Positions 49,590 through 58,841 of a stretch of 64,000 nt of DNA are shown one piece after another. Source of the DNA: an uncultured Gemmatimonadales bacterium (GTDB lineage Bacteria; Gemmatimonadota; Gemmatimonadetes; Gemmatimonadales; GWC2-71-9); assembly GCA_963795085.1 (NCBI GenBank), contig CAWCFX010000002.1, forward strand, positions 352,001-416,000, in the 5' to 3' direction. Numbering within the stretch: position 1 is the first letter of the stretch; each line of letters starts with the position of its first letter. The position numbers and the translations under genes are program-made. Below the pieces are notes generated by a model. That model was given only the letters and a program-made list of their open reading frames with translations, searched no databases and was not told where the DNA came from.

Positions 49590-50918
49590 TCAGTTCGATG
49601 GGACCCATTGGGAACGGGCCGCTTCCATGCGGCTGGTCAGTTCCTCCCTCGAGAACCAGCGTCCGTCCCGCATGACGCCGGCCGGCCGGGCAAGGGCGGA
49701 AAGATTCTCGAGAGGGTTGACCTCCAGAAGCAGCAGATCCGCCACCGCCCCCACCGTGACCGTGCCGAACTCACTCGGGTGCCCCATGAAACGAGCCGGG
49801 TTGCTGGTCGCCGTTTCCAGCGCCTCGTAGGGGCTCAATCCACCGCGCACGAAGGCCAGCAGCTCCGGCAGAAGTGCGAACCCGGGGACCAGGGCCGGAA
49901 CGGGCGCGTCCGAACCTGCGAGGAGCCGGACACCGGCCCGGTGGAGGGCTGGAATCAGATGCTGTTCGAAGAACCCAACGGTCCGCTCGAAGCGGGCGAT
50001 CGCGCGGGAATTCTGGGACCATCCATCCCCCGTCTGCTGCCAGCCCCACATCTCCGCCGTCGCCGGATTGAGGTATCGCATCTCCGGGCGGGCCCGGATG
50101 GAGTCCATGTTCCGGGCCTGCCCCAGCGCGCTGCGATGAACAGTGACGGTAGGAGTGACCCAGACACCCGCGTGGGCGAGCCTCGCGGCCATCGCGCCCA
50201 GTCCGGCGGTATCTCGTCCATCCTGAAAAAAGGGCAGCAATTCCTCCAGGTGTTCCACCGCCGACTGGCCGCCGATCTCCAGCAGGCCGGCGATTCCCAC
50301 CGGTGTGGGCACGTGGCCAACCAGGGGCATTCGCGCTGCCCCGGCCTCACGGACGAGGGCGAGGTAGAGGTCCCGCGGCAGATTGTCGTACACCTTGAGC
50401 TGGTCGTATCCCGCCCGTTTCTGCGCGGCCACCTCCCGGGTTACGTCTTCCGGGGTGCGCAGCACGGTATTGGTGCCCCGGCTGGGAGGATCCCCGTCCA
50501 GGATTGGTCCGGAGGTGAACAGCCGGGGGCCGATCAGGGTCCCCCGCGCGATGCTGTCCCGCCAGGCCAGGTGCCGGGGCAGTCCGTGGAGATTGCGCAC
50601 CGTAGTGATGCCGTTGGCCAGGTAGAAGATCAACTCGGTTCGGTCGAGCAGGTGCACGTGCATGTCGGCGAGACCGGGCATCAGCCAGCGCCCGTTCCCC
50701 GGGATGACGGTGACACCGTCGAGATCGGCAGCCTGGTCGGCGGCAAAGATGCCGGCGATACGGCCGCCCCGGACCACGACGGTACGATGGCGGAGGACCG
50801 TATCCCGGTCCATGGGAACGACGTGGACATCCACGAACGCGATGGTCGCCGCGCTCTGACCGGCCACGGGGGTAGCGATGGCGACCCAAAGGAGTCCAAG
50901 AAGGCTGGCTTTGCCCAA
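49590..50918 (-). CDS. Exported amidohydrolase-family protein (probable TTG start at 50918)
   Basis: Signal peptide after a GAGGA RBS, PGLADMHVH, NGITTVR, KVY, GHV, EH, AGSDA, AT.NPA..G..ADLLLL..NPL. Confidence 0.85.
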   Translation of the reverse strand: MGKASLLGLLWVAIATPVAGQSAATIAFVDVHVVPMDRDTVLRHRTVVVRGGRIAGIFAADQAADLDGVTVIPGNGRWLMPGLADMHVHLLDRTELIFYLANGITTVRNLHGLPRHLAWRDSIARGTLIGPRLFTSGPILDGDPPSRGTNTVLRTPEDVTREVAAQKRAGYDQLKVYDNLPRDLYLALVREAGAARMPLVGHVPTPVGIAGLLEIGGQSAVEHLEELLPFFQDGRDTAGLGAMAARLAHAGVWVTPTVTVHRSALGQARNMDSIRARPEMRYLNPATAEMWGWQQTGDGWSQNSRAIARFERTVGFFEQHLIPALHRAGVRLLAGSDAPVPALVPGFALLPELLAFVRGGLSPYEALETATSNPARFMGHPSEFGTVTVGAVADLLLLEVNPLENLSALARPAGVMRDGRWFSREELTSRMEAARSQWVPSN

Positions 50919-51024
50919 TGGGCCGTTCCTCGGTGGAAGGAGGGGTTCTCTACGGAATGGCAGAGGGGCTGTTTCAGGAAGCCAGAGCGCCCCGGCACCC
51001 ATGGGGTGACGGAGCGCAAGGGAG

Positions 51025-51096
<72 letters not shown>

Positions 51097-51154
51097 GACG
51101 GAGGCGAAATATGCCCTCGGGAGTAGCCGGCAGCAAGTAGCGCATTCCGGCCCA

Positions 51155-51189
51155 ACGAAAAGCCGCCCGCCTGATGGCGGGCGGCTTTC
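51155..51189 (-). terminator. Rho-independent terminator after the TPR gene
   Basis: Perfect 13-bp stem AAAGCCGCCCGCC-TGAT-GGCGGGCGGCTTT. The minus-strand tail reads TTTTCGTT. Confidence 0.85.
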
Positions 51190-51205
51190 GTGATCCCCAG
51201 CGGCG

Positions 51206-52624
51206 TTACTTCTTCTTGTAGCGCCAGGCCACGATGCCGGAGCCCTGAGAGGCAAGGGTAATCTCCTGCACTTCAGCCTCCGGTAGGGGCTTGATCGATA
51301 CCTCCTGGGTATCAACCACCTTTCCGGTGGCATCGAGAAACTCGAACACCAGGGTCATGGCTACCGGCTTGATCGGCTGGTCGGCGGAGTTGCGCGCCGC
51401 CCGGCCGGTAGCGCTGCCGTTCCAGTTGGCCGATGCGGCGCCGGTCTGGAAGCCGGTGACCGAGATGTTGACCGGCATCTCGGTGACCAGCAGCGCGTAC
51501 TTGATCATCTGGTCCTGATTCTTCTTGAGCTGATAGCCCCCGGCCAGCAGGCGGATGTTGTTGTCGTTCATCGGGTCGATCGCCAGCAACCGTTCGCCCA
51601 CCGCGATCAGGCTGTCACCGTTATTGAGGGCGTAATAGGTGCTCGCCAGGTTGTAGAGTGCATCGCGGGATCGCGGGTTGGACGCCAGGTGTTCCTGGAA
51701 GGCGCGAGCCGCGGTTTCGTACTCCTTGGCATTGAATGCGTCAATGCCGCGATTGAAGGCGCTGTTATCGGGGCCCCCGCTGGAAACCGGGCCGCTGGTG
51801 ATGGTCTTCTCGATCGCGGCGGCACTGTCCGCCATGCCGGTGGCGCGGAATGAATTGGCCAGGGCCCGGCGGGCGTCGTCGTCCGCGGTGTTGTAGCCCA
51901 GGTACAGGCGCAGCGCAGTGATCGCCTCGGCGTGCTTACCCGCGTTCTGATACACCGCCGCCATGTTGAAGAGCGCCTGGTTCCGGAAGGCGGCATAGGC
52001 GCTGTCCGTCTTGGCACGCTCATCGGTGGCGGCCACCGCCCGCTGGAACGCCACGGAGGCGCTGTCAAACTGCTTCTGGGTGAAGTAGATCACGCCCAGT
52101 TCGTAGTTGGCGTTGGCGTTGTCGGGCTGGAACCCGATCACCTGCCTCAGCAGGACCAGCGCCGAATCGAGCTTTTCGGCCTCGCGATACTGGGTGGCCG
52201 GCCGCATCAGGGCGTTCGCCGTAAGAGTCTTGATCAGCCGCATGTCCGCGGCGCATTCCGGGGCGAGGGTCTCGGCGCGCCGGAACGACGAATCGGCCCC
52301 CGGGACGTCACCACGGTACAGGTACACCCGGCCGAGCCAGTACCAGGCCATGGGGCTATCGCCCTGCCCGTCGTTCTGGATCGCCTCGCGCAGCACCCGG
52401 TCGGCGTCGCCCAGCAGCCGCTCCCGGTTGCTTTCCGATTCCAGGGCCGACTTCACATAGGTGGCGCCGCTCTTGACCTTGAAATGCCCGCTCCGCAGCG
52501 GTTCACACTCCGGGGTCTGGTACTGGGTGGGCTGGGCGGCTATCACCGCCTGGTTCTGTGCCTCTGCACCGCCCGGCACTGCCAGCACCGCGGCCCCGCA
52601 GAGGATCATGATTCGCTTCAACAT
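51206..52624 (-). CDS. Exported multi-TPR protein
   Basis: Signal peptide (AEA/Q), repeated TPR units (AWYWLG, ANYELG, ALFNMA, ALYNLA) and a beta-rich C-terminal domain. TGATG coupling to larC. Confidence 0.85.
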   Translation of the reverse strand: MLKRIMILCGAAVLAVPGGAEAQNQAVIAAQPTQYQTPECEPLRSGHFKVKSGATYVKSALESESNRERLLGDADRVLREAIQNDGQGDSPMAWYWLGRVYLYRGDVPGADSSFRRAETLAPECAADMRLIKTLTANALMRPATQYREAEKLDSALVLLRQVIGFQPDNANANYELGVIYFTQKQFDSASVAFQRAVAATDERAKTDSAYAAFRNQALFNMAAVYQNAGKHAEAITALRLYLGYNTADDDARRALANSFRATGMADSAAAIEKTITSGPVSSGGPDNSAFNRGIDAFNAKEYETAARAFQEHLASNPRSRDALYNLASTYYALNNGDSLIAVGERLLAIDPMNDNNIRLLAGGYQLKKNQDQMIKYALLVTEMPVNISVTGFQTGAASANWNGSATGRAARNSADQPIKPVAMTLVFEFLDATGKVVDTQEVSIKPLPEAEVQEITLASQGSGIVAWRYKKK

Positions 52625-53946
52625 CACTGCTCCTTGTTCAGAGATAAGCCGCCACCGGATGGTACTCCGATGAGGGCGACCGCACGCTCGTGAACCTCGA
52701 GCGCCACCTCCTGGATGGGCCGGCCCTGCGCCCGGGCTACGGCTTCCACGTCATCAAACTCGGGTTTGAACCGGGGGCCGCCGGGCCCCTCCAGCACCTT
52801 GACCCGGACCAGCACGCCGCCGACCGGGACACTGATCATCCGGCGCGGCAGGGTGACCCGCTCTCCCCGCCACCGGCGCACGCCCGCCGTGCTGCTATGG
52901 CGGAAGAGGGCCTCGGTTACCCCAGCGGCCTCCGATTCCGCCGCCACCGCTTCGATCCGAAACCCGGTGCGCCCCTTCTTCATCTGGCTCGCCCACACCT
53001 GGACGTCGAGCGCCCCGGCCTGCATCAGCGCCTCCCGGAGCGGCTCCAGATACTCCGGGTTCAGGTCGTCAATATCGGTGGCGAGCATCACCACTTCGGC
53101 CGTCTCCGCCGCCGCTTCCGCCAGGATCAACCGCAGGGCATTCGGATACCCTTCCGGATTCCGGCCTCCGGCTCCCCATCCAGTGGCCACCGCCCGCCAG
53201 CGAACCGGGGGCCGGCCTTTCGAGAGCACCCGGAGGAGCACAGCGCCGGTGGGTGTCGTGGCCTCTCCGGTGACTGGCCCGTTGGGTCCGATATCCAGCC
53301 CTTCTACCAGGATCCCGGTGGCCGGGGCCGGAATGGGCATGACCCCGTGGGCCGCACGAACCCATCCGCTTCCCAGCGCGAGCGGACGGTGAAAGATCTC
53401 CTGGATCTCCAGCCGCTCAAATCCCTCGATGGCGCCGACGATGTCCACCAGCGCATCGAGCGCGCCCACTTCGTGGAGCGGGACCTCGGTGGCCGGAAGA
53501 CCGTGGATCCTGCCTTCGGCGGCCCCGAGCAGCTGGAACGCCAGGATGGCGCGCTCCCGTACCCACTCCGAGACATCGGCCTGCTCGACCAGCCCGATCA
53601 ACTCCCCGATGTGGCGATGCGGGCCGAGATGGTGGCCACCGTGATGGCCATGGTGTCCCCCGGTTTCGCCGAGGGCGTGGCCCTGCCCGCCATGATCATG
53701 GTGACTGTGCACCAGTTCGGCCGGCGCTTCGACCTCTCCGCCGGGCAACGTCACCGTTACTTTGGCGGCATTGACGCCGCACCGGTTCACTCGTTCGATG
53801 GCAACCGACATGTCGGGAAACCCGAGCCGTGCCGGCAATCCCTGCAGCCACCCGGGCGAAGCCCCCGCGTCTATCAGGGCGCCGAGCAGCATATCCCCGC
53901 TGATCCCGGCCGCGGGATCGATGATGGCTATCCGGGGTGTCTCCAT
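52624..53946 (-). CDS. larC: LarC-family nickel insertion protein (His-rich)
   Basis: AGISGDMLLGAL.DAG, His-rich insert, AEG.IHG...LHEVGALD..VDIVG, AHG..P.PAPAT, TTPTGA, IDD..PE, MKKGR.G, KPEFDD. Confidence 0.9.
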   Translation of the reverse strand: METPRIAIIDPAAGISGDMLLGALIDAGASPGWLQGLPARLGFPDMSVAIERVNRCGVNAAKVTVTLPGGEVEAPAELVHSHHDHGGQGHALGETGGHHGHHGGHHLGPHRHIGELIGLVEQADVSEWVRERAILAFQLLGAAEGRIHGLPATEVPLHEVGALDALVDIVGAIEGFERLEIQEIFHRPLALGSGWVRAAHGVMPIPAPATGILVEGLDIGPNGPVTGEATTPTGAVLLRVLSKGRPPVRWRAVATGWGAGGRNPEGYPNALRLILAEAAAETAEVVMLATDIDDLNPEYLEPLREALMQAGALDVQVWASQMKKGRTGFRIEAVAAESEAAGVTEALFRHSSTAGVRRWRGERVTLPRRMISVPVGGVLVRVKVLEGPGGPRFKPEFDDVEAVARAQGRPIQEVALEVHERAVALIGVPSGGGLSLNKEQ

Positions 53947-53967
53947 GACGTCAAATATGCCCGGATC

Positions 53968-55128
53968 TCAGACCCCGGGCAAATGCGCGGGGGTCCGGTA
54001 GAGCCATCCTGCTCCGGTATTGAAGACCACGACGGAGTCGCCTTCGGCGATCGTTCCATCCGCCCGGAGTGCCCGGGCCGCCGCCACCGCCGCCCCTCCC
54101 TCGGGCGACATGTCCACCCCTTCCGCCGCCGACACCGTAGCCGCCTCCCGGCTGAGTTCCTCGTCCGTAACCATCACCGCACCGCCCTGGCTGTCCCGAA
54201 GCGCGGCCAGCATGAGCCGGTCTCCCAGGGGCGCCGGGACCCGGAGTCCGCTGGCGAGCGTCCAGGGATTCGGCCACGGCGACGCGCTCGACGCACCTTC
54301 GTGAAACGCTTTGACGACCGGGGCACACCCGGTGGACTGGACGACGAACATTCGGGGAAATTGCGCCGGGATCCACCCGGCGGCGGCCATTTCCTGGAAC
54401 GCTTTCCACATGCCGATCAAGCCGGTCCCGCCCCCCGCCGGATAAATGATGACATCGGGAAGCGTCCATCCCATGGCATGGGCAAGTTCAATACCGAGCG
54501 TCTTCTTTCCCTCGATTCGATACGGTTCCCGCAGCGTAGAGAGGTCTACCGCCCCGGTTTCGGCGGCGAAGGCGCGGGCGGCCTTGCCGCAATCCCCGAT
54601 ATGTCCCTCCAGCCGGACAAGGTCTCCCCCGAAAGAGACAATCTGGGCCAGAATCGCGGGCGGTGTCGTGGCCGGGGCAAATACCCGCACCGGGACTCCG
54701 GCCCGGGCCGCATAAGCGGAAGCCGCAACGCCGGCATTGCCGGCGGTGGGAATCACAAACATGCGAGCTGCCTGGGCCACGGCCCGCGTCACGGCGGCAC
54801 TCAGTCCCCGGGCTTTGAACGAGCCGGTCGGATTGGTCGCCTCGTCCTTGACGCGGAGCCCGGGGAGGCCGATTCGGGCGCCGGTCCGGACCAACGGCAG
54901 CAGGGGCGTGCCGCCTTCGCCCAGGGTGACCGGTTCCTCGCCCGGCTCGATCGGAAGGAGGGCCCGGAAACGCCACATGCCCTGCCCCGCTCCGCCATCC
55001 CGCGCGTCCGGGCCGGTGCGCCGTTCCGGATAGCGCACCAGCCACGGCTGGCCGCAACGGCATACACCGGGGAGTCCTTCCGGGCTGCGGGTTTCGCCGC
55101 AGGCGGAGCATTCGAGAATCCAGTCCAT
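53968..55128 (-). CDS. thrC: Threonine synthase (PLP fold type II, N-terminal Zn-ribbon type)
   Basis: CSAC..CRCG, TLGEGGTPL, KDE..NPTGSFKARG, TAGNAG, EPYRIEGKKT, P.GGGTG, PEGGA, NTGAG. Confidence 0.8.
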   Translation of the reverse strand: MDWILECSACGETRSPEGLPGVCRCGQPWLVRYPERRTGPDARDGGAGQGMWRFRALLPIEPGEEPVTLGEGGTPLLPLVRTGARIGLPGLRVKDEATNPTGSFKARGLSAAVTRAVAQAARMFVIPTAGNAGVAASAYAARAGVPVRVFAPATTPPAILAQIVSFGGDLVRLEGHIGDCGKAARAFAAETGAVDLSTLREPYRIEGKKTLGIELAHAMGWTLPDVIIYPAGGGTGLIGMWKAFQEMAAAGWIPAQFPRMFVVQSTGCAPVVKAFHEGASSASPWPNPWTLASGLRVPAPLGDRLMLAALRDSQGGAVMVTDEELSREAATVSAAEGVDMSPEGGAAVAAARALRADGTIAEGDSVVVFNTGAGWLYRTPAHLPGV

Positions 55129-55133
55129 CGGGG

Positions 55134-56960
55134 TTACCCTTTGACCCCTTCGCGGAGCCGGTTGAGAAGCGTTTCGGCCTGCCGCAGGGAAAACCCGGGC
55201 AGCGCGGCGACCTCGGCCGGAGAGGCGGACCGGACTCCCGCCAGGCTGCCGAACCGTTCCAGCAGGCGTCGGCGCTTGGTAGCGCCGACGCCGGGAATCT
55301 CCAACAGTTCCGAGGTGATGGTCCGGGCCGACCGCCGCTGCCGGTTGTATGCCAGTCCAAACCGGTGCGCCTCGTCCCGGGCCCGCTGCAGCAGGCGCAG
55401 AGACGGGCTGCGCCGGGAGAGTCGGATACTCGCCGACCGGCCGGGAAGGAACACTTCTTCATCCCGCTTGGCCAGGCTGATGATGGGAATGTCCGTGATG
55501 CCGACGGCGCGCGACGCATCGAGCGCGGCCCCCAACTGGCCCTTCCCACCGTCGATCACGATCAGGTCGGGCAGTGGCTTGCCTTCGTCCCGGCGGCGGG
55601 TGAGGTAGCGGGTGATAACTTCGGAGATCGCCGCGAAATCGTCCTGCTGCGCCACGCCCTTGATCTTGAACTTGCGATACTCGCTCTTGCGGGGCCGCCC
55701 CGCTTCGAACCAGACGAGCGAGCCCACGGTGTCGCGGCCCTGGTTGGTGGAGATGTCCACGCAGATAAAGCTTCGCGGGACGGCGTTCATACCCAAATCG
55801 CGGCCGAGGGCATAAACCGGATCCTCGGAGCGCTCATCGGTTTCGAACGATTCGATCAGGAGGCTTTCCAGCAGGTGGCGGGCGTTCTGGTCGGCCAGTT
55901 CCATCAGGCGGTGGGACTTGCCGCGTTGCGGAACGCTCCACTGGCTCTCCGGCAGCAGCGCCTGGAGGCTCTCCAGTTCGGCGGGGGGAAAGGGCAGGAT
56001 GACGGCCCGCGACCGGTTCTCCGAGGGGACGTAGTAGCGGACCAGGAAGGCGCCGAGGATGGCCTCGTCCGGCTCGCCCTCCACGTTCTCGAGGAATCGA
56101 TGTTCCCGGCTGATGACCCGGCCTTCGCGGACCCGGATCACGGTGCCGACCGCGTCGTCCCGGTCGCGGGCGAACCCGATGGCGTCGGCCTCGCCCAGCC
56201 CCACGGTTTCGACCGCCGCCGGCGCCTCCAGCTGTTCCAGCCACTTGAGCGTGTCGCGGAGGTCCCGGGCGCGCTCGTAGTCCTGCCGGTTGCTGGCCCC
56301 CAGCATCATGTCGCGAACCCGGGCCCGGACATCGTGCGTGCGGCCGCCCAGCACGTCGAGCACGTCGTCGATCATGCGGCGGTATTCGTCCTGCTGGTGC
56401 CAGCCGACACAGGGCGCCAGGCAGCGGCCGATATGGAAATCGAGGCAGGGGCGGTCGCGCCGGTCAGCCGGGATATCGTCCTGGCAGGACCGCACCGTGA
56501 AGATTCGCCGGATGAGCGCCAGCATCCGCCGCATGTCGGCGACGTCGGTGTAGGGACCGAAGTAGCGGGCCCCCGCGATGTCGCGGTTGCGGGTGACCAG
56601 GACGCGGGGAAACGGGTCCCGCAGGGTGACGGCAATCGACGGATAGCTCTTGTCGTCCTTGAGCCGGACGTTGAACCGGGGCTGGTGTTCCTTGATGAGG
56701 TTGTTTTCCAGGAGCAGGGATTCCGGCTCCCGGGGCACCACGATGGTCTCCACGTCGGCGATGAGCCGCACCAGCAGCTGGTTGCGGGGGCTGCCGTCAT
56801 AATCGGCCGTGAAATAGTTACGGACCCGGGAGCGGAGCCGCTTGGCCTTGCCGACGTACAGCACCTCGCCCCGCGCGTCCTTCCACAGGTACACGCCCGG
56901 CGAATCGGGGAGACTGTCGATGGTGCGCTGGAGACGCTCGGAAACGCGGGGTTCGCTCAT
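55134..56960 (-). CDS. uvrC: Excinuclease ABC subunit C
   Basis: LPDSPGVY, YVGKAK.LRSRV..YF (GIY-YIG), LKDDKSYP, DIS, PDLIVIDGGKGQL, RDEAHRF, and HhH motifs. Confidence 0.97.
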   Translation of the reverse strand: MSEPRVSERLQRTIDSLPDSPGVYLWKDARGEVLYVGKAKRLRSRVRNYFTADYDGSPRNQLLVRLIADVETIVVPREPESLLLENNLIKEHQPRFNVRLKDDKSYPSIAVTLRDPFPRVLVTRNRDIAGARYFGPYTDVADMRRMLALIRRIFTVRSCQDDIPADRRDRPCLDFHIGRCLAPCVGWHQQDEYRRMIDDVLDVLGGRTHDVRARVRDMMLGASNRQDYERARDLRDTLKWLEQLEAPAAVETVGLGEADAIGFARDRDDAVGTVIRVREGRVISREHRFLENVEGEPDEAILGAFLVRYYVPSENRSRAVILPFPPAELESLQALLPESQWSVPQRGKSHRLMELADQNARHLLESLLIESFETDERSEDPVYALGRDLGMNAVPRSFICVDISTNQGRDTVGSLVWFEAGRPRKSEYRKFKIKGVAQQDDFAAISEVITRYLTRRRDEGKPLPDLIVIDGGKGQLGAALDASRAVGITDIPIISLAKRDEEVFLPGRSASIRLSRRSPSLRLLQRARDEAHRFGLAYNRQRRSARTITSELLEIPGVGATKRRRLLERFGSLAGVRSASPAEVAALPGFSLRQAETLLNRLREGVKG

Positions 56961-56983
56961 GGCGGGTCGCTTCGGGCCTGGCG

Positions 56984-58555
56984 CTACCGTCCCCGCCTCG
57001 CCAACCGGCCGGCGAGCGCGGCGGCCTGGGGAATTCGCAACGCGAAGGTGACCACCCAATATACCAGCCCATACAACCCGAGGACGGCGGCGGCCGTGGT
57101 GACGGGATGGAGCAGCGGCATCAGCCGGTATAGCCCCCACGCGGCCGCTGCGGCCAGCCCCGCAGCGCCCCAGAGGCGCACAACCAGTCCGGCCGCAAGC
57201 CCGGTGGGCCCTAGCCGCCGGTTCAAGGTTTGCCGGAGCAGCACGAATTCCACCCACCCGGCCAGTCCGGCCGAGGCGGTCAGGCCGGCGGCCCCCCACT
57301 TCGGAGCCAGCCCGAGCAGGCCGGGGAGGGGAAAGGCGAACAGGTAGCCCAGGCCGATGGTCAGCGTGACCCGCAGGAGGGCGAAGCGGAGCGGCGTCCG
57401 GGTGTCTCCCAGGGCATAGTAGGTCGAGGCGTAGAGCCGCCCCAGCGTGCTGGCAAGCAGGCCCACCGCCGACCCGGCCAGGATGCCCCAGACATACTCC
57501 GCGTCATGGGCGGTAAAGCGACCGCTCTGATAGATGGCGCCCGCGATGACGTGCCCCAGGGCCGCGAACGCCATGGCGGACGGAACCACGAAGAAGGCGA
57601 TCTGGCGCAGCCCGGCGTTCAACCGGTCGCGGAGATAGTTGCTGACCGAGGCCTCGTCTCCCACTGCGCTGGACATGGCCGGGAGCTCCGCTGCCGACAC
57701 CGCCATGCCGAAGAGGCTCACCGGGAGGGTGTAGAGCGTCTGGGCATATCCCATGGCCGCCACCGCCCCCGCCGGGAGCAGGCTGGCGAGCACCTCATCG
57801 ACATAGGCGCTGATCTGCACCACGCCCCGGCTGATGAACGCGGGAACGAAGTTCCTGGCCACGGTGCGAACATGGCTGGACGACGCGGAGACCGCGAGCC
57901 GAAACGGGCCCAGCACGCGAAGCACGGCCGGAACCTGAACTGCTACCTGCAGGAGGCTGCCGAGCACCGAGCCCCATGCCATCCACTCGGCCAGGGCCGG
58001 CAGGCTGCTCCGGGGTCCGAATCCGAGCAGGGCGGTAATGATTGCCGCATTCCAGATCACCGGCGCCGCGTAGGAAAGGAAGAAGCGGCGGTGGCTGTTG
58101 AGGATCCCCAGGCACCAGGCGGAGAACACGAGCAGGCCCGCCCCGGGAAACAGGATCCGGACCAGCCGAACGGTGAGGTCACGCTTGGCGCCATTGAAGC
58201 CTGGCGCGATCAGGTCGACCAGGACCGGCGCGGCGAGCACTCCCACCAGCACCAGCGCCGCCACCAGGAGCCCCAGCAGGCCCGCCACGGCCCCCGCGAC
58301 CCGCCGGGCGCCCTCCTCGTCGCCCCGGGCCCGGAGGCCGGCATAGACGGGGATGAACGAGGCCGAGAGGGCGCCTTCGCCAAAGAGATTCTGCAGCAGG
58401 TTGGGAATCCGGAAGCCGGCCGCGAACGCGTCGGCGGCATCGGAGGTCGCAAAGTAGTGGGCGAAAACGCGCTGCCGGACGAGCCCCGCGATCCGGCTTA
58501 GAAAGATCCCGGCCGCTACCATCAGCGCCGGTCGGGGACGGAGGGACTCGGTCAG
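56984..58555 (-). CDS. murJ: Lipid II flippase MurJ (start CTG 58555 or ATG 58522)
   Basis: SRIAGLVR, ADAF..GFRIPNLL..LFGEGALSASFIP, LYTLP.SLFG, YYALGDTRTP. Confidence 0.95.
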   Translation of the reverse strand: MTESLRPRPALMVAAGIFLSRIAGLVRQRVFAHYFATSDAADAFAAGFRIPNLLQNLFGEGALSASFIPVYAGLRARGDEEGARRVAGAVAGLLGLLVAALVLVGVLAAPVLVDLIAPGFNGAKRDLTVRLVRILFPGAGLLVFSAWCLGILNSHRRFFLSYAAPVIWNAAIITALLGFGPRSSLPALAEWMAWGSVLGSLLQVAVQVPAVLRVLGPFRLAVSASSSHVRTVARNFVPAFISRGVVQISAYVDEVLASLLPAGAVAAMGYAQTLYTLPVSLFGMAVSAAELPAMSSAVGDEASVSNYLRDRLNAGLRQIAFFVVPSAMAFAALGHVIAGAIYQSGRFTAHDAEYVWGILAGSAVGLLASTLGRLYASTYYALGDTRTPLRFALLRVTLTIGLGYLFAFPLPGLLGLAPKWGAAGLTASAGLAGWVEFVLLRQTLNRRLGPTGLAAGLVVRLWGAAGLAAAAAWGLYRLMPLLHPVTTAAAVLGLYGLVYWVVTFALRIPQAAALAGRLARRGR

Positions 58556-58833
58556 GGCGCGGAGGGTGGAGGCAGCCGGGGCCGGGACGGGGCGTCTTCG
58601 ACCAGCTTCTGCAGAAAGGCCGTCTCCTCCTGGAGCGACTGCACCAGCCGGGTCAGGTCATCCACTTCGCTCTCCAGCAGGTCGACCTTCTTGCCCAGCA
58701 ATGCCACATCCGGGGCAATCGGCTCGGGACCTTCAATGCGTCGGCCCACGGCCTTCCCGATCGGGGAATCGGCCACGATGCTCACGATGGGGATGAGCAG
58801 CGCCACGAGGATGATGATGCCGAGGAGGACCAT
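58552..58833 (-). CDS. Small membrane-anchored coiled-coil protein
   Basis: N-terminal TM, DSPIGKA.GRR, and a heptad-like C-terminus. Tightly packed between bshC and murJ. Confidence 0.7.
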   Translation of the reverse strand: MVLLGIIILVALLIPIVSIVADSPIGKAVGRRIEGPEPIAPDVALLGKKVDLLESEVDDLTRLVQSLQEETAFLQKLVEDAPSRPRLPPPSAP

Positions 58834-58841
58834 GGTCGAGT

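Noticed and set aside
52690..55608. 972-aa + strand ORF, and similar long ORFs such as 15460-17496, 22448-24169, 33345-35156, 55365-57347 and 61137-62924
   Set aside because: They lie antisense to clearly recognisable genes and have no motifs. These are shadow ORFs expected in high-GC DNA.
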